45,390 nucleotides of DNA from Deltaproteobacteria bacterium (lineage in GTDB: Bacteria; UBA10199; GCA-002796325; 1-14-0-20-49-13): contig JACPAJ010000065.1 in the NCBI GenBank assembly GCA_016180865.1, positions 1 through 45,390 on the forward strand, in the 5' to 3' direction. The notes beneath the pieces were generated by a model. That model was not told the DNA's origin. It ran no database searches and saw nothing but the letters and a program-made list of their open reading frames with translations. Positions 32,638 through 42,150 of the stretch are shown here, in pieces. The stretch's first letter is position 1. Every line of letters starts with the position of its first letter. The position numbers and the translations under genes were made by a program.

Positions 32638-34827
32638 GTGATTCTCAAAAAAGCGGCGGTTTTGGGCGCGGGTGTTATGGGCGCGCAGATTGCGGGGCAT
32701 TTGGCCGGGTGTGGGGTAGAAGTGTTGTTGATGGATATTGCGCCGTCTCTTGCCTTGCAGGGGATCGAGCGCCTCAAAAAATCAAAGCCTGCCGCAATGT
32801 ATGATTTAGACGATTTGCGGTTGATTACACCCGGCAATTTTGAAGATGATCTGCCTAAGATCGCCGAATGCGATTGGGTTATCGAAGCGGTTCTTGAAAA
32901 GCTCGAAATCAAACAGAAATTATTCGGCGAAGTTGAAAAATATCTGAAGCCATCGACAATTATCAGTTCAAACACGTCCGGAATCCTTCATAAGCAATTA
33001 GTTGGCGGTCGCAGCGATATATTCCGCAAAAATTTCCTCATCACGCACTTTTTTAATCCCGTTCGCTACATGAAACTCGTGGAGGTTATAAGCGGAGGTG
33101 AAACAAGACCCGAGGTTGTGAAAGAGATCGCAGAATTTTTGGAGGATGGCTTAGGCAAAGGCGTTGTTTATGCCAAAGACACGCCCAATTTTATCGCAAA
33201 CCGCATTGGCGTTCACGCCGTTGTAACGGCGTTTCATAAGACAGCGGAAAATAACTGGCCGATTGAAGTCGTGGATCAGGTTATGGGCGTTCCCTGCGCC
33301 AGGCCTAAAAGCGCAATCTTTAGGACGGCAGATATCGTCGGCATCGATACGCTGGCGCTCGTCGCCAAAAATAGCGGCATAAAACTTCCGGCGTTTGTTG
33401 AAGAGATGGTTAAGCGCGGATGGATTGGAGATAAGGCGGGGCAGGGATTTTATAAGAGAGTGAGGCCGGAAGTCGGAAGTCAGAAGTCAGAAATTTTAGT
33501 ATTGGATCCAAAGACGATGGAATACAGGCCGCAGCAGAAAATAAAAACGCCGTCCCTTGGAAAGGCGCGCGAAATAAGTGATCCGGCGGAACGTTTGCGA
33601 ACTGTTGTCCTAGCCGATGATGAAGCGGGTAAAATTGCGCAGCCTCTTGTAAACGAATCGATTGCTTATGCAGCCGAAGTGGCGGATGAAATTGCGCACA
33701 ATATTGATGAAATCGACAAGGCCATGCGGTGGGGTTTTAACTGGGAGCTGGGGCCGTTTGAGCAGAGAAAGGCGCTGGATAACACCCTCCCCTTAATCCC
33801 CTCCCATCAAGGGAGGGGAGAAAAGAAGATAGTAAAAACCAATTCCGGCGCCGACTTGACCGATCTTGGCGATGGCGTTTTTGCCTGCGAGTTTCATACG
33901 AAAATGAATGCGATTGATGGTGATGTAATCGCTATGCTGAATCAGGCAATTGATCTGGTCGAAAAAGAGGGAGCGGGCCTTGTTATCGGCAATGACGGAG
34001 CAAATTTCAGCGTGGGCGCTAATTTAATGATGATATTTATCGCGGCGTCAAACGGCCAGTGGGACGAAATCGACAGGATGATCCGCGCATTTCAGGGCGT
34101 CGGCCAGCGGATCCGCTTTTGCAAAAAGCCGGTTGTGGCCGCGCCGTTTGGAATGACGCTTGGCGGCGGGGCCGAAATTACGATGGCGGCAAATTATATT
34201 AATGCCGCAGCCGAAACATATATGGGGCTTGTAGAAGCAGGAGTCGGCCTTATTCCTGCCGGCGGAGGCTGCAAAAACCTTTTGCTTCGCATGGAAGAGC
34301 GGCACAAGCAGGCTTTTCACCCAAAAGATAAAATCTGGATGGCGCCGGATGATGGCGGGCCGTTTCCAAAAGTCCGCGATGTTTTTCAGACAATTGCTTT
34401 TGCAAAAGTTTCGGCCTCGGCTAAGGAAGCCGTCAAGATAGGCTATATGAAATCATCCGATAATATTACGCTCGATCGCGAAAAATTGATAATGAGCGCC
34501 AAGAAAAGAGTTTTGGATATCGCAAAATCGTATCAACCGCCGGCATCGCGCGAGGATATTTTGCTTCCAGGAGACGGCGGCAAAATGGCGCTTGTAAACA
34601 GCATCCGCCAGACAAGGCTTAAAGGCGATATTTCGGATCACGATGCGCTGATAGGCGAAAAACTGGCGCATGTTTTAACGGGCGGCGACAGGCAGGCGCT
34701 TCACAAAACAAATGAACAGCATATTTTAGACCTTGAACGCGAGGCTTTTATGTCTCTTTGCGGAATGGAAAAGACGATTGCGCGAATCCAGCACATGCTT
34801 TCAAAGGGCAAACCGCTTAGAAATTAA
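32638..34827 (+). CDS. fadN: Bifunctional 3-hydroxyacyl-CoA dehydrogenase / enoyl-CoA hydratase (FadN-type domain order)
   Basis: 729-aa ORF with a GTG start. It has an N-terminal NAD-binding AVLGAGVMGAQIAGHLA, the dehydrogenase core and a C-terminal crotonase fold (GANFSVGANL, AAPFGMTLGGGAEI). Confidence 0.85.
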   Translation: MILKKAAVLGAGVMGAQIAGHLAGCGVEVLLMDIAPSLALQGIERLKKSKPAAMYDLDDLRLITPGNFEDDLPKIAECDWVIEAVLEKLEIKQKLFGEVEKYLKPSTIISSNTSGILHKQLVGGRSDIFRKNFLITHFFNPVRYMKLVEVISGGETRPEVVKEIAEFLEDGLGKGVVYAKDTPNFIANRIGVHAVVTAFHKTAENNWPIEVVDQVMGVPCARPKSAIFRTADIVGIDTLALVAKNSGIKLPAFVEEMVKRGWIGDKAGQGFYKRVRPEVGSQKSEILVLDPKTMEYRPQQKIKTPSLGKAREISDPAERLRTVVLADDEAGKIAQPLVNESIAYAAEVADEIAHNIDEIDKAMRWGFNWELGPFEQRKALDNTLPLIPSHQGRGEKKIVKTNSGADLTDLGDGVFACEFHTKMNAIDGDVIAMLNQAIDLVEKEGAGLVIGNDGANFSVGANLMMIFIAASNGQWDEIDRMIRAFQGVGQRIRFCKKPVVAAPFGMTLGGGAEITMAANYINAAAETYMGLVEAGVGLIPAGGGCKNLLLRMEERHKQAFHPKDKIWMAPDDGGPFPKVRDVFQTIAFAKVSASAKEAVKIGYMKSSDNITLDREKLIMSAKKRVLDIAKSYQPPASREDILLPGDGGKMALVNSIRQTRLKGDISDHDALIGEKLAHVLTGGDRQALHKTNEQHILDLEREAFMSLCGMEKTIARIQHMLSKGKPLRN
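33468..33488. repeat. Tandem heptamer (GGAAGTC GGAAGTC AGAAGTC), in-frame in fadN
   Basis: Three 7-bp units total 21 bp and are translated as EVGSQKS. Confidence 0.6.
33785..33818. repeat. C/G-tract hairpin element, in-frame in the fadN inter-domain linker
   Basis: CCCTCCCC-TTAAT-CCCCTCCC-ATCAA-GGGAGGGG, translated as LPLIPSHQGRGE. Confidence 0.6.
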
Positions 34828-35459
34828 AAAGAATAAGTCAATCCCACTTTCACCGGTATTGAAATAATCGGGGTCGTTTTGCTGTCTGCCAGTTCCTGAT
34901 CGTTTACAAAAAGCATGATTTTAACGGGTACTTCTGCGGTAAATGATAGATTCGTAACATTTGGAGAGCCGGCCATTGCATATTCAACAAGCGTGTATCT
35001 CATGCCAAAACCTGCGCCAAAGCTCGGGCCGAAAGACTGGGAGCCGTTTGAATCACTTCCTTCGGTGAGAAAATTAAATCCAATTAAACCCGCAACGTAA
35101 GGGTCGAACTTATTTTCCGAATCCATGAAATGAAAAATAGCTTCGGCGTCGGCAGTGATGAGCTGCACCCACTCATCTTTATTAAGGCGGACGAGGCTCC
35201 AGCTGACGGGCATCGCCAAACCAAACCAGTCGGCCTTTTCAAATTCATAGCCGCCGACAAGATAACCTCCGAATCCGGGCCAGAATTTTATTGAGCTGCC
35301 GGGATCAACGGCGACAGTGCTTTGTTTTTTCCACGTAAGCATCACAGGCTGCTGATAACCGCCTCCAATATAAAAACCTGACGAACGGGCATGGGCTGTT
35401 GCCTGAATCAAAATTGAAAAGGTGAAAAGCGCAACAAAAAGGGCAAAAATCTTTTTCAT
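34824..35459 (-). CDS. Outer-membrane beta-barrel protein (OmpW/OmpA-barrel-like)
   Basis: 211-aa ORF with a signal peptide, alternating hydrophobic beta-strand patterning and a terminal aromatic residue (LTYSF). Confidence 0.7.
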   Translation of the reverse strand: MKKIFALFVALFTFSILIQATAHARSSGFYIGGGYQQPVMLTWKKQSTVAVDPGSSIKFWPGFGGYLVGGYEFEKADWFGLAMPVSWSLVRLNKDEWVQLITADAEAIFHFMDSENKFDPYVAGLIGFNFLTEGSDSNGSQSFGPSFGAGFGMRYTLVEYAMAGSPNVTNLSFTAEVPVKIMLFVNDQELADSKTTPIISIPVKVGLTYSF

Positions 35460-35472
35460 AAGGTTGTAGTCC

Positions 35473-36144
35473 TCATTTTAAAATAAATAAATTATTATCT
35501 AACCCCACGTTCACTCTTATATTATTAAACACATAAGTCGAAATATTTCCAGATTTATTATGGATTGTCATTTCTTTCAATAGATTATCGGCCCCAAAAA
35601 TGCAATCGAGGCTGTTGTATTGAGGATTTTTTGATTTAGGCGTCAGTTTTAGATATGCAAAGCCGGATTTTATTTTTTTTGGTTTGAATGGTTCCACAGA
35701 GAAAAGCTTTTCCATATCTGAAAAGCCTTTTAATAACTCAAGCCCCTCTTTTGGAACGGAGTCTTTGGAAACTTTGTAAGTCTCCACCTGTTCCAGCTCG
35801 GAATCTATTATCCAAAGGCGTTTGCCGTCCGAAATATACTGTTTGGGATGTTCCCCGGTATATTCTATTCTAAGCATCCCGGGTTTTTTCATGGAAAAAA
35901 TTCCGGGCTCTTTAATCGTTTTATCCAGAACAGCCACATAAGTTGACTGGATGAAATCGGCCTGAAGATCGGTAATAGAAGCATAAGCGGATTGGATTGT
36001 TTGAATCGCTGAATTTGCATAAGCGCAAGAGACCGGGAAAAGCATCGTCATTGAGAAGAGCGCAAGCGACGAAGCAATCTCATGCAATATGTTCAGGAGA
36101 TTGCTTCGCTGCGCTCGCAATGACAAACCAACTTTTTTCATCAT
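35473..36144 (-). CDS. lolA: Outer-membrane lipoprotein carrier protein LolA
   Basis: LolA-like core: DLQADFIQ...GIFSMKKPGMLRIEY...YISDGKRLWIID. Its position immediately downstream of ftsK matches E. coli. The signal-peptide region contains a repeat element. Confidence 0.75.
   Translation of the reverse strand: MMKKVGLSLRAQRSNLLNILHEIASSLALFSMTMLFPVSCAYANSAIQTIQSAYASITDLQADFIQSTYVAVLDKTIKEPGIFSMKKPGMLRIEYTGEHPKQYISDGKRLWIIDSELEQVETYKVSKDSVPKEGLELLKGFSDMEKLFSVEPFKPKKIKSGFAYLKLTPKSKNPQYNSLDCIFGADNLLKEMTIHNKSGNISTYVFNNIRVNVGLDNNLFILK
36070..36125. repeat. GAGATTGCTTCG...CGCAATGACA-family element inside the lolA 5' end
   Basis: CGAAGCAATCTC (36070-36081) pairs with GAGATTGCTTCG (36097-36108), followed by CTGCGCTCGCAATGACA. 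The same 3' motif occurs at 32520-32565. Confidence 0.65.
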
Positions 36145-38471
36145 CCCCTCTCCTGCAGGCTGCTCACCAGCACTTCTCTCGGCTTTGCTCCGTCCGCGGG
36201 GCCTACGACTCCTTCGGCCTCCATTTTTTCAACAAGCCTTGCCGCGCGATTGTAGCCGATTCTAAAACGCCGCTGTATCATCGATATGGACGCCTGCTTT
36301 GTCTCCGCAACAAGTTTAACCGCCACATCATAAAGTTCGTCATATTCCTGCTCAATGGCCGGCAAACCGTCTTCGCCGACATTTTTTTCTTCGACGATTG
36401 TTTCGTCATAAACGGGCTTTCCCTGTTCTTTAACGTGGGCGACGACCCTTGCTATTTCGCCTTCGGTAACAAACGCGCCGTGCAGGCGCAAAATATCGGA
36501 AGTGTTTGGCGGCATAAACAGCATGTCACCCATGCCTAAGAGTTTCTCCGCTCCGACGGTGTCTATTATAGTTCTGGAATCGTGCTGGCCGCTCACTTTA
36601 AAAGCCATTCTGGCGGGGAAATTTGCTTTGATGAGGCCTGTTATTACATCGACGCTCGGCCGCTGGGTCGCAAGGATAAGATGGATTCCCGCCGCACGCG
36701 CCATTTGCGCGAGGCGCGTAATGCTCTCCTCCATGTCTTTCGATGCGACCATCATTAAATCGGCAAGTTCATCGATGATTATAACGATACAAGGAATCTT
36801 GCCTGTATGGCAGACTGCTTCCTTGTTTGTCTCCTGTATTTTGGCCGCTTCATCGATTGAAATTACTTTCAAAGCCCCTTTTTCTATTTTTTCGTTATAA
36901 CCGGCGATATTTCTGACTCCGGCATCGGCAAGAATCGTGTAGCGCCGCTCCATTTCATGCACGGCCCACTGAAGCGCCAGAACCGCTTTGCGCGGTTTTG
37001 TAACGACCGGCAGAAGCAGATGAGTTATTCCGTCGTAAATAGGGAGTTCCAGCATTTTTGGATCGATAAGGATCATCCTGACATCTTCGGGCGTTGCTTT
37101 GTAGAGAATGCTTACGATCATTGTGTTTATAGCGACGCTTTTTCCGGAACCGGTCGCTCCGGCAACAAGAAGATGCGGCATTTTTGAGAGATCCGTTATT
37201 ACGGGGTGCCCTTCGATATTTTTTCCAAGCGCAAAAGTAAGCCTTGAATTCGAGCGTCTGAACTTTGGATCGCTTACAATGTCCTTGAGCCAGACGATTT
37301 CACGTTCGTTATTGGGAATTTCTATGCCGATTGCGGCTTTTCCGGGAAGATGGGCGACTATCCTTACGCTTCGTCCGCCCATTGTAACAGACAAATCGTC
37401 TTCAAGATTTACGATTTTGCCGATTTTTACGCCGGGGGCCGGTTCAAACTCGTACATTGTGATAACGGGCCCCGGATGTATTTCCGTTACGCGCCCTTCG
37501 ACCCCATAATCTTTAAGTTTTTTCTCGAGCAGCACCGAATTTCTTTTTAAGGCTTCCTCATCAACGGTCGAAACTTTTTGCTCGGGAGAATCAAGAAGAG
37601 AAATAGGCGGAAACGAATAATCTTTGCTCATTCTTGCAAGCATAAGCTGGCTGTCTTTCGCCTTAACAGGCTTTGCATCGGCTCTTTCGAATATTTTCGG
37701 GCCGGAGGACTGTTCCTGAAACTGTGGCGGAAGCTGGGTTTCTGCGGGAGCATCTGTCTTTTCAACCTGCTTGTGTGAAAGAGCCACTTTAACAGCCTTC
37801 TTTTTTTCCGCAAAGATTTTTTTCCATAATAAGGCGATTTTTTCGATTACAACTGGAGATATTTTCGCAATCCATTTTTTCGTCTGCTCGAAACGGACGA
37901 TTGCAAATGAAGTAAGCCACATTACGAGAGCAACCGAATATTTTTTAACTAGTGAAGCAACTGTCACTACTGAAAGGTGCGTTGAATAAAGAAGAGACAG
38001 CACCGCTAATGTTGAGGAGATGACATAGGCGCCGGCGTTTCCAAGCCACTTTTTCAAAATCTGGCCGAATAGCCCGCCGAGAAGCCCGCCGGCTTCGATA
38101 GGCTGATTGTGGAGATGAATAGTTTCAAACCTGATGTGTAAAATTGCCGCGACGGATATTAAAAGCATGGCGTATGCCGCCGCCTCTTTCCAGTTCAGGC
38201 TGATATTCCGCCCCACAAACTGCATAAAGCTTATCAAAAAAATAACGAGGCATAAAAAATAAGCGCTTATGCCGAACGTGCTGAAAAGAATATCGGCAGT
38301 ATAGGCTCCCACAATGCCGCCGAGGTTGTTTATCTCCTGCACCGTTGAAATCGCATTCAATGCGGGATCTGCGGGGTCATAAGAAGCAAGGCTTAACGAG
38401 AAGAATATTCCAATCGCCGCAAAAAAAACGCCGAACAGCTCATTTTTGATTGTTAATTTGCCGTTTTTCAT
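36141..38471 (-). CDS. ftsK: DNA translocase FtsK
   Basis: 776-aa ORF with N-terminal TM helices, motor-domain Walker A GATGSGKS, the IIIDELADLMM Walker B region and a C-terminal gamma wHTH (ASISMIQRRFRIGYNRAARLVEKME). Confidence 0.92.
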   Translation of the reverse strand: MKNGKLTIKNELFGVFFAAIGIFFSLSLASYDPADPALNAISTVQEINNLGGIVGAYTADILFSTFGISAYFLCLVIFLISFMQFVGRNISLNWKEAAAYAMLLISVAAILHIRFETIHLHNQPIEAGGLLGGLFGQILKKWLGNAGAYVISSTLAVLSLLYSTHLSVVTVASLVKKYSVALVMWLTSFAIVRFEQTKKWIAKISPVVIEKIALLWKKIFAEKKKAVKVALSHKQVEKTDAPAETQLPPQFQEQSSGPKIFERADAKPVKAKDSQLMLARMSKDYSFPPISLLDSPEQKVSTVDEEALKRNSVLLEKKLKDYGVEGRVTEIHPGPVITMYEFEPAPGVKIGKIVNLEDDLSVTMGGRSVRIVAHLPGKAAIGIEIPNNEREIVWLKDIVSDPKFRRSNSRLTFALGKNIEGHPVITDLSKMPHLLVAGATGSGKSVAINTMIVSILYKATPEDVRMILIDPKMLELPIYDGITHLLLPVVTKPRKAVLALQWAVHEMERRYTILADAGVRNIAGYNEKIEKGALKVISIDEAAKIQETNKEAVCHTGKIPCIVIIIDELADLMMVASKDMEESITRLAQMARAAGIHLILATQRPSVDVITGLIKANFPARMAFKVSGQHDSRTIIDTVGAEKLLGMGDMLFMPPNTSDILRLHGAFVTEGEIARVVAHVKEQGKPVYDETIVEEKNVGEDGLPAIEQEYDELYDVAVKLVAETKQASISMIQRRFRIGYNRAARLVEKMEAEGVVGPADGAKPREVLVSSLQERG

Positions 38472-38473
38472 TT

Positions 38474-39961
38474 TTAGTTTTCTATTAATCCTGTAAAAAT
38501 AGCCACTACATCGGGGTCGAATTGATGCCCGGCGCCTTTTTTAAGCTCATCAAGCGCTTGATCCAGAGAAAATGCTTCTCTGTATATCTGCGGAGTTATC
38601 ATAGTATCCCAAGCTTCGGCAAGGGCTACAATCCTAGATTGCAGAGGAATGTTTGTGCCCTGCATATGGTCAGGATAGCCGCTGCCGTCGAAGTTTTCGT
38701 GGTGATGCAGGATTGTATTTATCTCTCCCTTAATAAAAGCCGATTCCGAAAGCATCTGAGCCCCCAAAACCGGATGCTGTTTTATAAAGGCATATTCAGT
38801 TCCCGTGAGCGGGCCGTTTTTGCCGACAATCCGCTCGTCAATCGCAAGTTTTCCGATATCGTGCAGAAGCGCGCTTATTTTTATGGAACTCAACTCTTCC
38901 GCCCCGAGCCCCATTTTATTCGCAAGCCGTTCGCTGTAAAACGCAACGTGCTCGGAATGAGAGAGAAATTTTCTATACAGCGGAATATCTTCAAAAAATT
39001 TCAGGATATTTGAATAGTGCGATTTTTTCGACTCTTCGGTTAGCAGATAGATTTTACGCTTAATTGCATTTATCAGCTCCGTATTTTCTTTTACCGGTTC
39101 TTCTATCGATTTTGCTTCGTCAAAGGTGCAGACATTGTTTTGGCCGCGTTTTTTGGCTCCTTCTAGCGCAAGGCGGGCATGGCTCAAAAGCTCATTTGGC
39201 GCTCGCGTCAGCGTTGAAAGGGTAGCGATTCCTATGCAGGCGGTGACGTTTAATCCGGCTTCGCCGTTGGCAAAAGCGAAATTCTGGGTTGCGTTTAAAA
39301 TCCGCCGGCAGACTTTTAATGAATTGGACTGCGGAGTTTCCGGGAGGATTGCCAAAAATTCGTCTCCGTTGAATCTTCCGACCGTATCGACGCACCGAAG
39401 CGAATTGGCAACTATGAGGCCGAAGTCTAAGATCACCCGATCGCCCACTTCATGGCCGTATTTGGAATTGACGCTCCTTAAATTATCAAGGCCTGTATAT
39501 AGAAGCGTCAGCGGAGAATTATAGCGAATGGCTTTTTTAATTTCAATTCCAAGCGTTTCGATGAGGAATCGCTGGTTGTAAAGCCCGGTCAGCTCGTCTT
39601 TGATGGAACTTTCTTTGAGCTCTTTTGACAATTTTTCGGTTTCAAGAATATTTTTTACGGCTCTCGCGAGCACATAAGTTTTTATCTCCTTTTCCGACAC
39701 GAAATTCGAAGTGGGCCACTTGGAAGGATCTTTAGCTTCCGATTCGGTCAAAATATAGAGAACCGGACACGCAGCATTAATTCCCCTGAAATCAGGGTCG
39801 GCGATAATCAGGTCTAATCCTTTGAAATTAAGCAGTTTTTCGGCGGAATCGGTTTGAGAAGCCGTTAATTTTGGAAAAGCTTGTTTCAAGCTTTGAACGA
39901 GAGTAGTTATTGCATTCGGTTTTTTTGTGAGATAACAGATGGTGATTTGTGAATTTGCCAT
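38474..39961 (-). CDS. Pseudo-receiver / GGDEF (NGDEF variant) / HD-GYP three-domain cyclic-di-GMP protein
   Basis: 495-aa ORF. DELTGLYNQRF and GRFNGDEFLAIL mark the GGDEF domain. HSEHVA, LLHDIGKLAI and HHHENFDGSGYPD mark the HD-GYP domain. The N-terminal receiver-like region lacks the acidic DD pocket. Confidence 0.85.
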   Translation of the reverse strand: MANSQITICYLTKKPNAITTLVQSLKQAFPKLTASQTDSAEKLLNFKGLDLIIADPDFRGINAACPVLYILTESEAKDPSKWPTSNFVSEKEIKTYVLARAVKNILETEKLSKELKESSIKDELTGLYNQRFLIETLGIEIKKAIRYNSPLTLLYTGLDNLRSVNSKYGHEVGDRVILDFGLIVANSLRCVDTVGRFNGDEFLAILPETPQSNSLKVCRRILNATQNFAFANGEAGLNVTACIGIATLSTLTRAPNELLSHARLALEGAKKRGQNNVCTFDEAKSIEEPVKENTELINAIKRKIYLLTEESKKSHYSNILKFFEDIPLYRKFLSHSEHVAFYSERLANKMGLGAEELSSIKISALLHDIGKLAIDERIVGKNGPLTGTEYAFIKQHPVLGAQMLSESAFIKGEINTILHHHENFDGSGYPDHMQGTNIPLQSRIVALAEAWDTMITPQIYREAFSLDQALDELKKGAGHQFDPDVVAIFTGLIEN

Positions 39962-39988
39962 AGGATAAACTACGGCTAATAATACATT

Positions 39989-40945
39989 ATGATTGTAAAA
40001 GAAGCAAGAATCTTAATACTCCTCCTTCTTATTGCAAGGCCTCTCTGCGCCGCCGATGTGATCTCCGATACGATGCGCGGCAAAGAGCTTTTATTTCAGC
40101 GTGATTATCCCGCTGCATTTGAAGTTTTTAAAAAGATAGAGCTTGATTATCCCGATTCCCCCGCTGGATTTTTCGGCCAGATGGCCGCGTGGCAGATTAT
40201 GATGTATGAAAATTTGGATTTCCGTTTTCGGGCCGAATATGAGGAAGTTGAACAGAAATTTGAAAAAACGGTTTCGATTATGCTCCAGAATGACCCGACC
40301 CCGTGGAATCTGTTCGTGGCCGGCTCTGCATATGGAATGCGCGGATTTTATTACATGCGCGACAATAAATGGTTCAGGGCTTTGGGATCTGCAATCAGAG
40401 GAATTCAGCTGATGAAAAGGGCAGTTTGGATGGATCCTTCCCTTATAGACGCCAAGCTTGGAACCGGAATGTACAATTACTGGCGGAGCGTAATGACCAA
40501 GAGCATAAACTTTCTGCCGTTTTTTGGAGACAGGCGGCAGGAGGGCATAGCCGAGGTAAGAGAAGTGATCGAAAAAGGGACATATTCAAAAGATTTGGCG
40601 GAAGCCAATCTTGCGTTTATTTACGGGCAGGAGAATAATTATAAAATGGCGCGCGTGATCGCAGATAAATTTCTGGCTCTCTATCCGAATAATATTATTT
40701 TCCGCCTTTTTTCCGCCAGACTCTATTCATGGACCAAGGATTATGATAAATCGATTGAAGAATTCAAGAAAGTGATGAAAATAGACCCGGCCATGACGAA
40801 ATGCCTTTATTATATCGGCGTTGTAATGACGAAAAAGCCCGGGGGAATTCTTGAAGCCGAAAATTATTTTAACGATTTTTTGGCAACAGGGCCGGAAAAA
40901 GATTGGGCCGATGCGGCAAAGAAGCAGATAAAGAAATGGGAATAA
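39989..40945 (+). CDS. Secreted TPR-like repeat protein
   Basis: 318-aa ORF with a signal peptide (LILLLLIARPLCA) and helical repeat patterning (ALYPNNII, AMTKCLYYIGVV). Confidence 0.65.
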   Translation: MIVKEARILILLLLIARPLCAADVISDTMRGKELLFQRDYPAAFEVFKKIELDYPDSPAGFFGQMAAWQIMMYENLDFRFRAEYEEVEQKFEKTVSIMLQNDPTPWNLFVAGSAYGMRGFYYMRDNKWFRALGSAIRGIQLMKRAVWMDPSLIDAKLGTGMYNYWRSVMTKSINFLPFFGDRRQEGIAEVREVIEKGTYSKDLAEANLAFIYGQENNYKMARVIADKFLALYPNNIIFRLFSARLYSWTKDYDKSIEEFKKVMKIDPAMTKCLYYIGVVMTKKPGGILEAENYFNDFLATGPEKDWADAAKKQIKKWE

Positions 40946-42009
40946 CGATTATACAAAAAAGCGGTCGCGCCAAACACAAAAAGGGCGCAAAGAAAGCGCT
41001 GATATTGGCCGGAGGCGCTGTTACCGGCGCCTCTTTTATGGCCGGCGGACTCAAAGCGCTTAACGACTATATGGATGATTTTACGGTGAACGATTTCGAT
41101 ATCTATGTTGGGATAAGCGCCGGAAGCCTTCTTGCCGCGCCGCTTGTGGGAGGAATCAGCCCCGAGGAGATGCTTAAAGGGCTGGACGGAACTTCAAAAG
41201 AATTCACAAAATTTGCAGGCTGGCATTATTACTGGCCGAATTTCGGGGAATTTGTCGCGAGACCCTTCGCTTTTTTAAAGAAATTTTTAGACGATAAAAC
41301 TTTGCCGTCTCTCTATGAGATTCTGCCGTCGGGTATTTTTGACAACAGCCCCATCGAGCATTACATAAGAAAAAATATCGAGAGGAACGACCTTACAAAT
41401 AATTTCAAGAGCACTTTGAAAGCCACCGGAAAATATTTGTATATAGTGGCTTCCATTCTTGACGGAGCTAAACGCGCGGTCTTCGGGCCGGATGAAATCA
41501 GCAGCGTCACGATATCCAAGGCGATTCAGGCATCGACCGCGATGCCGGGATTTTACAAGCCGGTGCGCATTAATAATGCGGATTATGTGGATGGCGGCGT
41601 GCAGGATACCGCTTCAATAGATATCGCTGTAAAAAAAGGAGCGAAGCTGATAATTTGCTACAATCCTTTCAGGCCTCATACAAAGGCCGGAAGGCTTGCG
41701 GGAGAGGGAATTCTGGCGGTTTTGAATCAGATTTTCAGGACATTTTTTTATTCGCGCCTGCATGTGGCGCTGGAACAATATCGCGATGATCCTTCTTTTG
41801 ACGGCGATATAATACTTATCGAGCCGAAGGATGACGATAAGGATTTTTTCGATTTAAATCCGCTGATTCTTTCAAATAAAACAAAAGGGGCGTCGCTCGG
41901 TTTTAAATCCGCAATGAATTCAATAAACGAGCATTATGGCGATATCTCAAAAATTCTTGCGCTTTATGGAATTAAAATGAAAAACCGGTGCCAGGCACCG
42001 AAGTTGTAA
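40936..42009 (+). CDS. Patatin-like phospholipase
   Basis: Oxyanion-hole GGAVTGASF, the nucleophile elbow GISAGS (GxSxG) and the catalytic Asp motif DGGV. The start is placed at ATG 40936 (MGITIIQ...), which overlaps the upstream stop by 10 nt. Confidence 0.8.
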   Translation: MGITIIQKSGRAKHKKGAKKALILAGGAVTGASFMAGGLKALNDYMDDFTVNDFDIYVGISAGSLLAAPLVGGISPEEMLKGLDGTSKEFTKFAGWHYYWPNFGEFVARPFAFLKKFLDDKTLPSLYEILPSGIFDNSPIEHYIRKNIERNDLTNNFKSTLKATGKYLYIVASILDGAKRAVFGPDEISSVTISKAIQASTAMPGFYKPVRINNADYVDGGVQDTASIDIAVKKGAKLIICYNPFRPHTKAGRLAGEGILAVLNQIFRTFFYSRLHVALEQYRDDPSFDGDIILIEPKDDDKDFFDLNPLILSNKTKGASLGFKSAMNSINEHYGDISKILALYGIKMKNRCQAPKL

Positions 42010-42150
42010 GCTATTGAAATTTCACAAAAATCTGCATTTGGTTAAATTGCAAATTCTTTATTTGTCAAGTAGTTAGCGATTTTCAGAATAACTTGCAGAA
42101 CTAAATAAGTTTTGACTTAGTTAATAGTCGTTGTTAACAACAATTGATAC

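Noticed and set aside
33468-33488. Tandem GGAAGTC repeats considered as a CRISPR array or phase-variation microsatellite
   Set aside because: There are only three 7-bp units with no spacers, so this is not CRISPR. The total length of 21 bp preserves the frame. Phase variation is not supported by a single-sequence view.
35997-36900. Plus-strand ORFs 35997-36539 and 36502-36900 (and similar antisense ORFs across ftsK and the GGDEF gene, e.g. 37108-37509 and 38522-39013)
   Set aside because: They are antisense to strongly supported lolA/ftsK/GGDEF genes. ORF 35997 contains the repeat-derived SGDCFAALAMT peptide. They are typical shadow ORFs.
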